From Octopus sinensis (Eukaryota), in contig NC_043000.1 in the NCBI RefSeq assembly GCF_006345805.1, positions 161,696,001 through 161,760,000 of the forward strand: a DNA stretch of 64,000 bases, written 5' to 3'. Shown in pieces: positions 36,287 to 49,159 of the stretch (its first letter is position 1; each line of letters begins with the position of its first letter). The notes under the pieces are model-generated. The model ran no database searches. It saw only the letters and a program-made list of their open reading frames with translations, and had not been told where the DNA came from. The translations under genes and the position numbers were made by a program.

Positions 36287-36646
36287 TATAATATATGTAT
36301 CAAAAAGAACTTTTTTTATGTTAGAGATGATTTATCACGTTGTGACACGGGCTATGAAGTTTGCTGCGGCATAAATCGTTCTTCGCATTTCAAAGTGGTC
36401 ATTTTGTGACTTTGAGTACAACCTGTACAAGTACGCTATTGCGTATATTTTGTACTCGATAACTTTCCGTTGTAAGGAGGTTCGGTGCGAAGACAGAGTT
36501 GGTACAATTCTTGATGTATCTGTATTGTTTTACATGATTACAGTTGGTTCTTCGGCTAAATGCAGTAACTGGATGTTCTGAATACGATCTGTTTTGTCTG
36601 GTGTCTTCTACGCATTCGGAGAGGTTTCGCATTCTTTTATTTGTTT

Positions 36647-36717
<71 letters not shown>

Positions 36718-36769
36718 TCACATACACACACACACTGTGTGTGTGAGTTTGTGAGTAGTATGTTTATAT

Positions 36770-37070
36770 TTTTTTAGTGTGATGCTAGGTTCTGTGCTGT
36801 TGCTGGGAAGAAAGAGACAATGGATTTGGTAGACGCTAGGAATTCCAACCGTGTTTCGTGGTCTGCTCCTACAACAGCTCCTTTATAGGATCCAGTTAGC
36901 TCAAAACATCATCAGGAGCAACCACATCCGGTTTCGGCCCCTACTCCTCTACCGTTTTGACGTGGCGGGTCCCCCCTTTCGGAGGTGTCTTCAGCTCTGG
37001 TGTTGGGTGCATGTCTTCTTTCTAGGCGCAATCCCATGGTTATTCATGACAGAAGGGGGTCTTTTTTATA
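36770..37070 (+). repeat. Unclassified retroposon 3' end sharing its last about 45 nt with the SINE at 37550-38030
   Basis: TTCTAGGCGCAATCCCATGGTTATTCATGACAGAAGGGGGTC versus TTCTAGGTGCAATCCCATGGTCATTCATAACCGAAGGGGGTC. Confidence 0.55.
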
Positions 37071-37549
37071 AGACATTGTTATTGTTATTTTCTTTAGTCG
37101 TCCAAGGTCATCCCTAATAAAAAAGACCTTTGATCAAAGATATTCCAACTGTGACCATCTCGTCTTCTTTTTCTATGTGAAGGAAGAGTATTTAATTTGA
37201 CCTTTTCTAAAACAATAAGGTATGATTTGAGGCATTTTTGGCTATCATTTGTATCAAGTCAAGTAACTGTGACAGAGGCTCCTTTGATGTATCATTAGCA
37301 CAAGTTGTTATAGATGGTGAATGTAATGATTCTTTCAGGCCCTAAAAGCTTTAAGTATTTGTTTGTAATTTTCTCGAGGCTTGACTTTTCAGAGATTTCA
37401 GATTTCACTGTTGTTGTGTCTGGGCAAGAAAGGGCCCAATATCATAGTTGTTTAACTCCAGACCAGCCTGATTAAACTGGACCTAGAATCAAAAACATTC
37501 CAGCTAAGACATCGTGTATTTTATACTGCTTTAACTAATGTAGTAGTGG

Positions 37550-38030
37550 AGGTGCAATGGCCCAGTGGTTAGGGCAACGGACACGCGGTCGTAGGATCGC
37601 GGTTTCGATTCCCAGACCGGGCATTGTGAGTGTTTATTGAGTGAAAACACCTAAAACTCCACGAGGCTCAGGCAGGGGGGGGTGAACCCTGCCGTACTCT
37701 TTCAACACAACTTTCTCTCAATCTTTCTTCCTATTTCTGTTGTACCTGTATTTCAAAGGGCCAGCCTTGTCACACTCTGTGTCACGCTGAATTTCCCCGA
37801 GAACTACGTTAAGGATACACGTGTCTGTGGAGTGCTCAGCCACTTGCATGTTACTTGTGCCAAGCTGTATCGGCCTTTGCTTTCCTTTGAATAACATCGG
37901 TGGCGTGGAGAGGGGAAGCCAGTATGCATGGGCGACTGCTGGTCTTCCATAACCAACCTTGCCCAGACTTGTGCATCGGAGGGTAACTTTCTAGGTGCAA
38001 TCCCATGGTCATTCATAACCGAAGGGGGTC
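37550..38030 (+). mobile_element. tRNA-derived SINE with the family C head and a long tail type 2
   Basis: A box TGGCCCAGTGG, B box GTTTCGATTC; first about 170 nt homologous to 12286 and 49428, then a different about 300-nt 3' part. Confidence 0.88.
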
Positions 38031-38099
38031 ACAACAACACAACAATTCATGTAGTCTAATGTGTCAGCTTATTTAAGATGGCAGGTTGAAGTGAAGGAA

Positions 38100-38975
38100 A
38101 TGTATCTGCTAATTCTAGTTGATCGAGTAACCACTTAGACATTGTTGGTTTGTCGATATCATTGTATGTGTGGGAGGTGTGTATTTTTCGTTTTGTGTTC
38201 TTGCTTTAATTGTATGATTTTTAGTGGTTGATTTTCGAAAAATGTCTGAAAAGGACCTGCTTGGTGTTGGAGTATGGCTACATTATTTGAGGTTGTTCTT
38301 TTGACATAGGGTGTGGTGTGGAAGTTACTGATAACGCTAATTACTTTATATGGTGTTTTACAGTAAGTTTTGTGGTTTGTGTTCGATACACCGCTTGCAA
38401 GTTTCCTGTTTTTGTTTTTTCTATGGATTGAATTCCTTGTTATTTCCTTGTTGAGTTGTTTGATGTTGAGTGTTACTTTTATTGTGCGGCGTTGTATAGC
38501 ATTTGATGATGTCCTTCGTTTTTATGAGATTGGTTATTTCTACTGTAAAAAATCGGGATTATAATTTTTATGTTGTTTTATGGAGCTGTTCTTTGGATGT
38601 GACTATAATTATTTTGTTGCATGTATATATTGTAATATCTACGCTGGTGATTGTAATGTTGTTGAATTATACAAAACTGATTCCGTTTCCTGGTGAAACT
38701 GGTTTCACTAGGATTTTTCCAAGTTTGTAAAACAGCTTTTACTTTGTTCATTGATGTGTAAGTCTGTTGTTATGATAACGGTTAGGTGGTCAGAGGAGAC
38801 AAGGCGGGGGTGGATTATTTGCCAGTGGTTATGGTAACTAGGTGAATGGAACAAAAGGTGATACCTGCAGAGGAGTTGCACTTAACTTGGTGAGGTGCTT
38901 GTGTGCTGATTGCTTCGGATGATGTAAAGAGTTTGAGATCTCATTGCATCAAAGTGCTGGTGGTGGTGATGGTGA

Positions 38976-39032
<57 letters not shown>

Positions 39033-39420
39033 CAGCAGCAGCAGCATCAGCAGTAGTAGTAGTAGTAATAGTAGTAGTAGTAGTAGTAGTAGTAATAGCA
39101 GCAGCAGCAGCAGTAATAGCAGTAGTAGTAGTAGTAGCAGTAGTAGTAGTAGTAGCAGTAGTAGTAGTAGCAGCAGCAGTAGTAGTAGTTCATTGAAGTG
39201 TTCCCTTATTGTAGCATTTGGAAGGGTGTAAAATTGTTACAGTTGAAGTGTTATAGCTGGTTAGTTTGCTAGTGGTATATAAAAACAGTGTTATAGCAAT
39301 CGGTTTCATGTTACAGGCGTTTATTTTGCATGTCTGCACATCTAGTTTGTTATCGTGCACCGTTAGAGTTTTAGTCTCGTTTGTGGTACTGGACACATGA
39401 TTTTAGATATGCTATGAGGT
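38100..39420 (-). mobile_element. Highly decayed APE-type LINE (I/Jockey group) endonuclease and linker, split by a microsatellite
   Basis: Minus fragments ITFCSIHL, WQIIHPRLVSSDHLTVIITT (SDH motif), FTNLEKS, YNPDF; many stops. Confidence 0.55.
38955..39190. repeat. Compound (GGT)/(AGT)n/(AGC)n trinucleotide tract
   Basis: Direct reading; source of the poly-Ser and poly-Val pseudo-ORFs. Confidence 0.95.
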
Positions 39421-40394
39421 ATTTTCCTTAGTGCTATAATCTATCCCACTTTATCAAACTATACGTTGGAATTCGAGGTGCTCAGTTCTGTGGGGTATAA
39501 TCAGTTTCTGAACTATCGCAATGTAAAGTTCGGGTATGAGGATAAAACTGATTACACTCTTAATGACGTTTCTTTGTCTTTCTTTGATTACTGTTGTAAT
39601 GTCGTGCCTTTTTGTTATTTGTTGTTTGTTTTTAAATATTTTGTCTCATGCGAGCAAATGAAACAGTGCGGCCTAGTGGTTAGGTTTTTGGACTCGATTC
39701 TCGAATTGGGCAATGCATTATACCTTTGAGCAAGGTACACCATTTCATGTTGTTGCAGTCATCTCAGCTGAAAATTGACAGTAGAAGCAGCTGGAGGTTA
39801 ATCCAGCTACTAATGGTGTTCTGTTTAGGGAGAATTTTGGAATTCTCGGTCACTCAGACAACTCAGAAACTTGGGTGTGGCCCCATGTGCCTGCAGACTC
39901 AAAACAAAATTTGCGTTTACAAGTTATATATTTTTCTGTGTGAGTTATTGGGATTTTTAAAGTAATCATTAGATGTGCACACATTATTAAAAGCGAAAAA
40001 AAAAAACTTGATTTACACAATAAAGTTTATTTTCGCTTAACTATTATAGATCAAGAGACAATTGAGTAAATACTGTAGCTGTTATTAGTATAAACCAAAG
40101 GAATGCGATAAAAAGAAAAGGAAGACCAGCTGTAGTCGATTTGAACTCAAAGTTGTGAAACCATGTACAAAACACTATAGTTTATCTTATCTTCGTCAGT
40201 TACACTAAACTACTACCTAGTACACTGGTTTTATCTATTTATTTTCTTTTTAATAACAAGGGAGACTAATTGCTGTAATGAAACCAGTACACGAGTATTA
40301 CTGGTAATTATTTCGTCCACCTAGTAAGATTAAAACTTAAATCTTTTACCGTGAAAAATAAATCCACAACAGGCAGATACGGAATAGAATATTA

Positions 40395-40632
40395 CCTATT
40401 TCTTTACTACCCACAAGGGGCTAAACACAGAAAGGACAAACAAGGACAGACAAACGGATTAAGTCGATTATATCGACCCCAGTGCGTAACTGGTACTTAT
40501 TTAATCGACCCCGAAAGGATGAAAGGCAAAGTCGACTTCGGTGGAATTTGAACTCAGAACGTAGCGGCAGACGAAATACCGCTAAGCATTTCGCTTAACG
40601 TGCTAACGATTCTGCCAGCTCGCCGCCCTGCA
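40395..40632 (-). mobile_element. Family A monomer (tail 1) with 14-bp TSD
   Basis: GGAATAGAATATTA (40381-40394) and GGAATAGTATATTA (40633-40646). Confidence 0.92.
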
Positions 40633-41579
40633 GGAATAGTATATTATCGTAAGGCTAGCATGTGTAACCTTTTTTTGTAGGAGCGAGCCCTAATGGATAT
40701 TGTGCCACTCCAATAGCAAAATCCTTTAGCGAAACTCATAAGTCATACATATTTATTAGATGATAATTTGGGATCGCCGAAGTCTAATAAACATCGATCG
40801 AGAGAAAGCCTGAATAAATGAGAGGGACAATGAAATGAAATTGTTCAAATTAAATTAGTCACACCTGAAGCTACTATTACAAAATTTTAGTAAAGCTATA
40901 TTTTTCTTTAATCATGGCATTACGTGTGCCATACCAAAAACTCATAAAGGGACAGAGCATGCAACCTGAGAGTTGTTGCATATTGCCCATACTCGCTGTA
41001 AGGTAACAAATATTACCAACGACTTCCTTGCAGTATTTTTTATGACATGTATAACGTATATTAGAACATCATCCACATACGCATATGATATAAATTAATA
41101 ATATATTATATTATATGATACGTGGGTTTGTGTGTAAATGAACATCCTACATCTGTCTAATTAAACACTGCTGCAAATTCCTACGTGTCAAGCATGGGCA
41201 GGATGTTGGATTCGAAGTATCACTCTTAATACGATGTACAGTCTGATGAAAAGCAACTTACTATATACTTCTCTCTCTTTCTTTCTCTCTCTTTCTATCT
41301 CCTCTCTTTCTCATATACGTGCATACGTATTGACTTAATGCTTATACGAGCCAAAGAGGAAGCCTCTGAGCAGTCGTTTGTCCAATTAGAAAGAGCATTA
41401 CAGTCTTAATGAAAGATGCAGTAAATGTTATAGTCACTGCTTGACAAGAAGGTAGAATGACCACAGCTGGAACAACTTTCAGTATAGGTCGACTCGGTCA
41501 AAATTGACCAAGGGTGAAATAACAACTTACAGCTTCTTCCGAGGTATATACTTATAAGCATGCATGTATACTTATATAT

Positions 41580-41642
41580 AGATATAGATATAGCTAGCTA
41601 TAAAGATATAGATGTAGCTAACTAGCTATAGATATAGCTAGC

Positions 41643-41699
<57 letters not shown>

Positions 41700-41701
41700 A
41701 C

Positions 41702-41793
<92 letters not shown>

Positions 41794-41945
41794 GATACAT
41801 ACATACATACATACATACATACATACATACATACACACATACATACGTACATACATACATACATACATACATACATACATACATACATACATACATACAT
41901 ACATACACACATACATACGTACATACATACATACATACATACATA
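41580..41945. repeat. (GATA)n followed by (CATA)n array
   Basis: Direct reading; internal variant units recur. Confidence 0.95.
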
Positions 41946-42004
41946 ATGTAGATTGTTGGAAGAAAGAGAACTCTATATCATAACAGATTAATATTTTACA
42001 ATTT

Positions 42005-42225
42005 AGTGGTGGCGGCGAGATGGCAGAATTGTTAGCACGCCGGATAATATGCATAAGTGCATTTTGTCCGTCTTTATGCTCTGAGTTCAAATCTGCCGAG
42101 ATCGATTTTGCCTTTCATCCTTTCGAATCTATAAAATAAGTACCAGTTGAGAGCTGAGCTCCATGCAATCGACTTTCCTATTTTCCCGAAGTTACTGGCC
42201 TTGTGCGAAAATTTGAAATCAATAT
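42005..42225 (+). mobile_element. Old family A SINE
   Basis: Head, core and GGCCTTGTGCGAAAATTTGAAATC tail. Confidence 0.8.
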
Positions 42226-42413
42226 CTTTATTTTTGGTCGAATCTGGAATGTTACCTGTATAATCATGGACTCATCAGGCAAGTAGTAACGTGCCTGATA
42301 AGCCGGTGAGCACAGAAGAAACTCAAGAGCAGCGAGGGATAGACTCAACTAAAACAGAATATATATACATGCATATATACATATGCAAATGCATATTTGG
42401 TTTTGTTTAGTTG

Positions 42414-42461
<48 letters not shown>

Positions 42462-42677
42462 CTACGTATTTCTTGACCTACTCTGAAATAAATTTCCGTT
42501 TATAACCCCGCGGGAGCCTAGCATTGTGTTTTAAGCCTTCAATGTCCAGAAATTATTCGGCACTTAGTTTTCAAAAAAATTACTTAACACGATATAATTT
42601 GCTATCCTCTCTGCGATAAATAATCTACAGAACATCATTTTTAATTAGTACTATGTACTTGATTAGTTTTCTACTTA

Positions 42678-43347
42678 AAGGGCGTCGAATTTGAAAGGTG
42701 AATAATTAAAACGAATTCTTATAAAGATTGTTATATTTTGCATATTTCTAATGAGTTATGTATCCCGTTAAGGTATGGATCGCAATGTCGGTCATATGTC
42801 CACCTGTACTGAGTCTGCATACATTTATGCGCTCCTCGATATTTCCGATAACTCTCTCACAGATGGGTGGCCCAATGCCTCCAGTCACAAGCCTGATTTC
42901 AGCCTTAAGTTCACGAATTGTACGTGGTTTCTTGGCGTATACCTGTGATTTCACATACCCCATAAGAAGAAATCACGAGAGTTTAAGATCGCAGGACCTT
43001 GGTGGCCATTGCTGGTCACCATGCAAGGATATCACCTCGTTGCGAAAATTCTTCGTAAGTAATGCAAGTGTTTGGCGCGAAGTGTGGAAGGTCGCTCCAT
43101 CCTGGTGGAACCAGTGGTTGTCAATCTCCTTATCTTCTAAGTTCGGCCATAGCTGAGTGGATAGCATGTCTCGGTAACGTTCTCCATTAATGGTAACTGA
43201 ATTCCCCTCATCATTTTCAAAGAAGAACGGTCCAAGCACTCCACCTGCCCCAAAATCACACCACACAGTCACTTTCAGTGGAGGTATTTCATGCACTTGC
43301 ATTATTTGAGGACTTTCATTCCTTGAAATCCGGCAGTTCTGTTCATT
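42678..43347 (-). mobile_element. 3' half of a DD41D (rosa-type) Tc1/mariner transposon
   Basis: KVTVWC, GPFFFEN, WFHQDGATFHT, WPPRSCDL, then after a frameshift DFFLWGYVKSQVY; restoring the frame gives 41 residues between the second and third catalytic D. Confidence 0.85.
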
Positions 43348-43581
43348 GACAAACACACCAACATCGGTTGTCAAGCGATGGGAGGGACACACAAACACAC
43401 ACACACACATACATACATACATACATACATACAAACATACATACATTCATACATACATACAAACATACATGCAAACATACATACATACATACATACAAAC
43501 AAACATACATACATACATACATACAAACATACATACAAACATACATACATACATACATACATACATACATACATACATACA

Positions 43582-43614
<33 letters not shown>

Positions 43615-43765
43615 GCGACGGGCTTCTTTCAGTTTCCGTCTACCAAATCCACTCACAAGGCTTTGGTCGGCTCGAGGCTATAGTAGAAGACACTTGCCCG
43701 AGGTACCACGCAGTGGGACTGAACCAGGAATCACGTGGGTAGGAAGCAAGCATATACCATACAGT
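43348..43765 (-). mobile_element. SINE family B with a greatly expanded internal (TATG)n tract, 3' end lost at the transposon junction
   Basis: Body matches family B; internal microsatellite about 230 bp. Confidence 0.88.
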
Positions 43766-45199
43766 CTGCAATACACATACCTTTTAAACATTATGAAAAG
43801 AAACAGGAGAGGGAGAGAAATAAACTCTATTTTGTTAGAAGCCCTGCTCGAAATAGTAACTAAATATCTCTTCAGTCTTATCCTACTGTCTTAAAAGAAT
43901 GGGAAGCTCAATGAGATAATAGCCTTGAATATGGATCGCTTTAAAAAATATATGACAGTCACGGCTTGAATGCCTCGGGTATTATATCGTTCAGATCATG
44001 GCTGAAGTGGAACTATAACATTATGGAATAATAACACAATGGAAAGAATTTGGAGGAATAATTAGAAAATGACACAATAATCACCCATAATTGGCAGTCA
44101 TTAGCTGCAAAAGAAAAAAAGAATAGGCGATGATCATTTTCAACAGAGTCCATTGCTTAACGAACAAACAAAACCTAAAATACAAATGCTTAAACTCATC
44201 AACCCTACCCTTTCCGTAATGTAAGATCGTGACATCAATGGTGAAACATCATTGTTGTGATACTGTAACATCACAACACATTTGAAACCAGAACACACAG
44301 TAAGGAGAATTAATGTAGGTCGCAACCGAAATGTGTTTCACTCCGCCGTGCTACGAATCACTGAGCTCCCTTGGCTCTAGTAGGTCCACAATTTCATGTT
44401 GAGTGTCTCTTTTGTTAGCATCAATGTAGTTGAGTGATTGCTGACCTGTTTCAGTATGTAGCAGTCTCCAAAATATAACGACATGATCTGTTGTTCAGTA
44501 CGATAACAGCGGCTAACGAAACCTACCCAGTGTTGAAGAAAACACTAATTATGGATGGAATATGTCCATAGATTTGTGCGTGCGAATATAAAACAAAAGT
44601 AAGCTCGGAGAAATAACTCAGAATAGCCATTTGAATGAATTTGACCAAAAAAACGATGAAAAGTATATCAAATGCCAATAGGATAATTTCTTGATTTAGT
44701 TGAAAGTATCATCATTACGAAAGAAGCTAAACAGACTAGTTGCAATTGCAATCGACTCCGAGTGAAAACGGGGGTTAATCTTCTAGATTAAAATGTCAGT
44801 AAGGAAGAGTCAATCTGGAGAAAAGCGCGAAGCTGTGTAAACATGAAGTTACCTCAATGACCGTCATCAGCACATAATTTCCCAGTTTCACTCAAACTAG
44901 ACAAGTAGCGAGCTGTTTTGGCCAAGGCTAGGCAATAGTAATATTCGACATTCATCTGACTTCCGTTATTATGGATGTGTAGTTGCGTTTATATGTGTAT
45001 GCTTATTTATATCATTAAGAACAATACGTTGAACCACGAATATTCCCATTCATGGTTGAAAGTACTGAATATTCTTATTCCTGTCAAGAAAATATACCTC
45101 GAATATCAAATGGAGAAAATAGTTAATTTTATCAGAGAATTCGGGTGATATTAGGCATCATGTATATACCCGTGGAGAAACCCATACTGAAACCCATGC

Positions 45200-45598
45200 T
45201 AAGGCGACCAGCTGGCAGAAACGTTAGCACGCCGGGCGAAATGCTTAGCGGTACTTCGTCTGCCGTTACGTTCTGAGTTCAAATTCCGCCGAGGTTGTCT
45301 TTGGCTTTCATCCTTTCGTGGTCGATTAAATAAGTACCAGCTACGCACTGGGGGTCGATGTAATCGATTTAATCCGTTTGCCTGTCTCTGTTTGTCCTCT
45401 CTGTGTTTAGCCCCTTGTGGGTAGTAAAAAAATAGGTATTTCGTCTGCCGCTACGTTCTGAGTTCAAATTCCGCCGAGGTTGACATTGCCTTTCTTCCTT
45501 TCGTGGTCGATAAATTAAGTACCAGTTACGTACTGGGGTCAATCTAATCGACTGGCACCCTCCCCACAAATTTCGGGCCTTGTGCCTAGAGTAGAAAA
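45200..45598 (+). mobile_element. Dimeric family A SINE
   Basis: Two tandem cores; junction GTAGTAAAAAAATAG|GTATTTCGTCTG. Confidence 0.92.
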
Positions 45599-46075
45599 CG
45601 CTTGCGATTCAAGATATAGAAAAGCCCACTTTCCAACAAAATGTCAATCGCGTTTTAGAAAGACCTCCTTCAACTAATCAAAATGATTGTTTAGAAATTC
45701 TAATCTTTCTATCGAGGAGTTTTAGCTAAAATATTAAAACCTTCAGAAACGGATTCATTGTTCTTCATGAAATATATTGTCACCCAGATTTAGCGCTTAG
45801 TCGTTTATTCTAAGTGGCTTAGCCTGTTCCTCGCAGGATACTCGCATGTATGTGCATGTGTGAGTGTGTGTGCGAGCGCGCGTATGTATGTATGTATGTT
45901 TGTATTAACATACAAGTAAACACACATAAACACATACACAATTACGTATTTGTATATGCTCATACGCACACGCACACGTACACACACATATACACACACA
46001 CAGATTAATTGATTGATTGATTGACTGATTAAGTGATATGCATACATATCTATATATATACATATGTATATATAC

Positions 46076-46448
46076 ACTAGCAGTATCGCCCGGCGTTGCT
46101 CGGGTTTGTAAGGGAAATAACTACAAAGCATTTTTAGAGAGTTATAGCCAAAAAATGGAAAAAAAAATGATGGTAAATTTTTTTTAGTTAAAAAGGTCGA
46201 GTTGCGTCCCCTAGACAGTCTGTGGTTTGTGTTTCTGATTCTCGACCCCATGTCGAATTTATCGATTTTTTTCAGAACTGGGGGAACTTTTCAAAATTTT
46301 CGCTGCGTTAGTTTTGAATTATGACATTGGGCTATGTGTGTGTCAAGTTTCATCAGAATCGGTTGAAAGCCGTGGTCAGGGTGAGGGTACAACCTAACAG
46401 ACACACAGAAACACACACAGACAAACTGCCGTTTATATATAGAGAGAT
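46076..46448 (+). mobile_element. Non-autonomous Helentron-type (HINE/DINE-1-like) element
   Basis: 5' ACTAGCAGTATCGCCCGGCGTTGCTCGGG with a subterminal hairpin, (CA)-rich stretch near the 3' end, terminus TTTATATATAGAGAGAT. Confidence 0.6.
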
Positions 46449-46487
46449 ACATATATAAATACATATACATATATTATATACATGCAT

Positions 46488-46569
<82 letters not shown>

Positions 46570-47119
46570 GGAGAGAGACAGAGACAGACAGACAGACAGG
46601 TGCAGGGGAGAAAAACGTTTGTATATACATATATGGATACAAGAATAGGGGTAGCAGAAAGAAGCAAAAAATATTTCTTCATGGGTATCGCAGGTGCTTG
46701 TAAAAGAAAGACAAGCGCTGGTGCAACGAACAAATCTTCACTGAATAGCGAAATGAAACAGTTACTGCCTAGCTGGAATGGTTACAGCTGCATCCTGTTT
46801 ACTGAAGGGTAAAAGTGGGCTACATTGTGGACCAAAAGAACCTGCCCATTCCCTGTTGGCATCTACCAATGCTACTTGGTACCACTTTAAGAAGGGGTAG
46901 TGTCGTTAAGTACCGAAAACTTTGAGATTTCCGCTGACAGCTGATGAACTGAATGTTCCACAATGCAGTCATATAGAATGATTTTTGTTTTTTACTTTTG
47001 CAAAAACCGTGAGACCTAACAATGACTACAAGTTTCATCTGTCTTGAAATTTGTCTAGACAGTGAACAGGCCTGGACACTGGAAATTTGAAGCCATACTC
47101 AATCTCTTTTTAATAATAA

Positions 47120-47698
47120 ACTAGCAATATAGCCCGGCGTTGCTCGGGTTTGTTTCTTAGTTGCGCTTGAAACGGCAGGTTTTGATGTCGCGTTAACAAA
47201 GTTTTGATATAGTTTCAATCTATGAATAAAAGTATAGTGTGGCGATGCTCGAGTTTGCTCTGAATCTGCATTGGATCAGCTGATCCGTCGTTCGCTCAAA
47301 ATCAATGACATCACAAAAAATTATTTTCGACCCTTTAGATTTGGAATTTTTGAAAAGTAAAAATTTTGCATTATGTAGCTTGTTATTCTCTTTATGTGAA
47401 CATTTTTCTGGTTGAAATACACCGAAAAATGACGACACAGCAGTCAAAAAATCATAAAAAATAGGGATTTTCATAGAAAAAAAGCACTTTTTTTATGTAA
47501 ATAATTTTTGGTCTTAACATGGTCAGATTTGAATTTTTTTCTTCTACGGAATGAAGAGCAAGGCTTCTTCTATCATACTCTTAATTTTGGTCAACTTGCG
47601 CCCCAGGGTCTCGGAGGGGATAGTGTTAGTTGAAGGCTACCAAACCTGCCACACACACACACACACACAGACAGCTTCAGCTTTATATATATATAGAT
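47120..47698 (+). mobile_element. Second HINE-like element with the same ends and a different interior
   Basis: 5' ACTAGCAATATAGCCCGGCGTTGCTCGGGTTTG, (CA)n, terminus CTTTATATATATATAGAT. Confidence 0.6.
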
Positions 47699-47814
47699 TT
47701 GACTCTACATCTGATATGAATATTCTCATCAGTAATTGTATGCAATTAGCCATCACTTGCCCCTAACGTTAATATGTGTGTGTGTGTGGGCACAAATATA
47801 TAAAATACATATAT

Positions 47815-47975
47815 ACTTGTGTGGTTGTGTAGTAGGAAGTTAGCTTCCTAAATTACATGATTCTGGGTTCAGTCTCAGTGCGTGACATCTTAGGCGAGTG
47901 TCTTTTACAATAGCCCCGAGTCGACCAAATCTTTGTGAGTGAATTCCACAGGTGAAAACTGAAAGAAGCCTATCG
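47815..47975 (+). mobile_element. Diverged family B head fragment
   Basis: GGTTCAGTCTCAGTGCGTG...GAAACTGAAAGAAGCC. Confidence 0.7.
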
Positions 47976-47984
47976 TATCTCTCC

Positions 47985-48024
<40 letters not shown>

Positions 48025-48257
48025 TAGAGATATTGATAAAAATGCTAAGGCATGTTCATACCTACACATGCAGGCGCGCATGTGTAGGTATGAACATGCG
48101 CACTTATGCGAATACTATAAACTTTTTACCACTTACTTTTACTCCCTCCCCTCACTTAGCGGTCATTCAAATAGCTCTTTTGTCTTAATAACGGTCAACC
48201 ACACAGTAATTTCCCTTTATATAACGGTCATTTTTCATAACATTTTCCCGATGGCCG

Positions 48258-48318
48258 GATAACTGAAGAGATGGCGGCGTAGATTTCCACCTCGTCATCC
48301 GAAACTCGGAGTTTTATC
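48258..48318 (+). ncRNA. Type I hammerhead-ribozyme-like motif in a PLE-like remnant
   Basis: GATAA-CTGAAGA-GATG...CATC-C-GAAA-CTC-G-GAG-TT-TTATC: 5-bp helix I, complete core, 4-bp helix III; one extra C at the base of helix II. Confidence 0.6.
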
Positions 48319-48353
48319 ATGGCTACCGAATAATTGTCACATATTACATTTAC

Positions 48354-48426
<73 letters not shown>

Positions 48427-48565
48427 ATCAACCTCTGTGAGAGTATATGTTTTCTACAGTTGTCACACAAAAAGGAATACTTTATCTCACATGATTGTTT
48501 TGTTAATTGTTTCTCCCAATATTTAGTTTAAAACACTAAAATCTTGTTTGTTTCAACTTGAATTG

Positions 48566-48616
48566 ATCATACATACATACATACAGACATACATACATAC
48601 ACATACATACATACAT

Positions 48617-48647
<31 letters not shown>

Positions 48648-48704
48648 TACATACATACATACATACATACATACATACATACATACATACATTGATACAT
48701 ACAT

Positions 48705-48735
<31 letters not shown>

Positions 48736-49145
48736 TACATACATACATACATACATACATACATACATACATACATGTTATGGTTGCCCCCCTCGTTATC
48801 GAGTATGGCCATTGTACGAAGCTTAACTGTTATTGGTGCTGTGATCGAACGTGACTTTTTAGCCCAGCTAAAGATCTACAATGTCTTGTACAAAATTGGC
48901 AACTAAGACCTTTACTGGTAATAGCCGGCTGTAGTTGTAACTGGGCTTCATGTATCTTTGCATGTCGTTTAAGTCCTCCTGCCGAATTACACTCTCTTCC
49001 ACATGCCCGACATATATGATTAGTATGGTGTGTTACACCACCACCAGTGGCCAGGTTGTCACTCATCTGTCTCGTTTTATGACTACGAAGATGACTCTTG
49101 AGTCCAGCTTTACTGAGGCAGGATCTTGCACAGACATTGCATGTC
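48566..49145 (-). mobile_element. RTE-clade LINE 3' end with three C2H2-type zinc fingers, short UTR and (TATG)n tail
   Basis: CNVCARSCLSKAGLKSHLRSH, CRACGRECNSAGGLKRHAKIH, CQFCTRHCRSLAGLKSHVRSQH; UTR GGCCATACTCGATAACGAGGGGGGCAACCAT then microsatellite. Confidence 0.8.
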
Positions 49146-49159
49146 AGAATCATACATAC

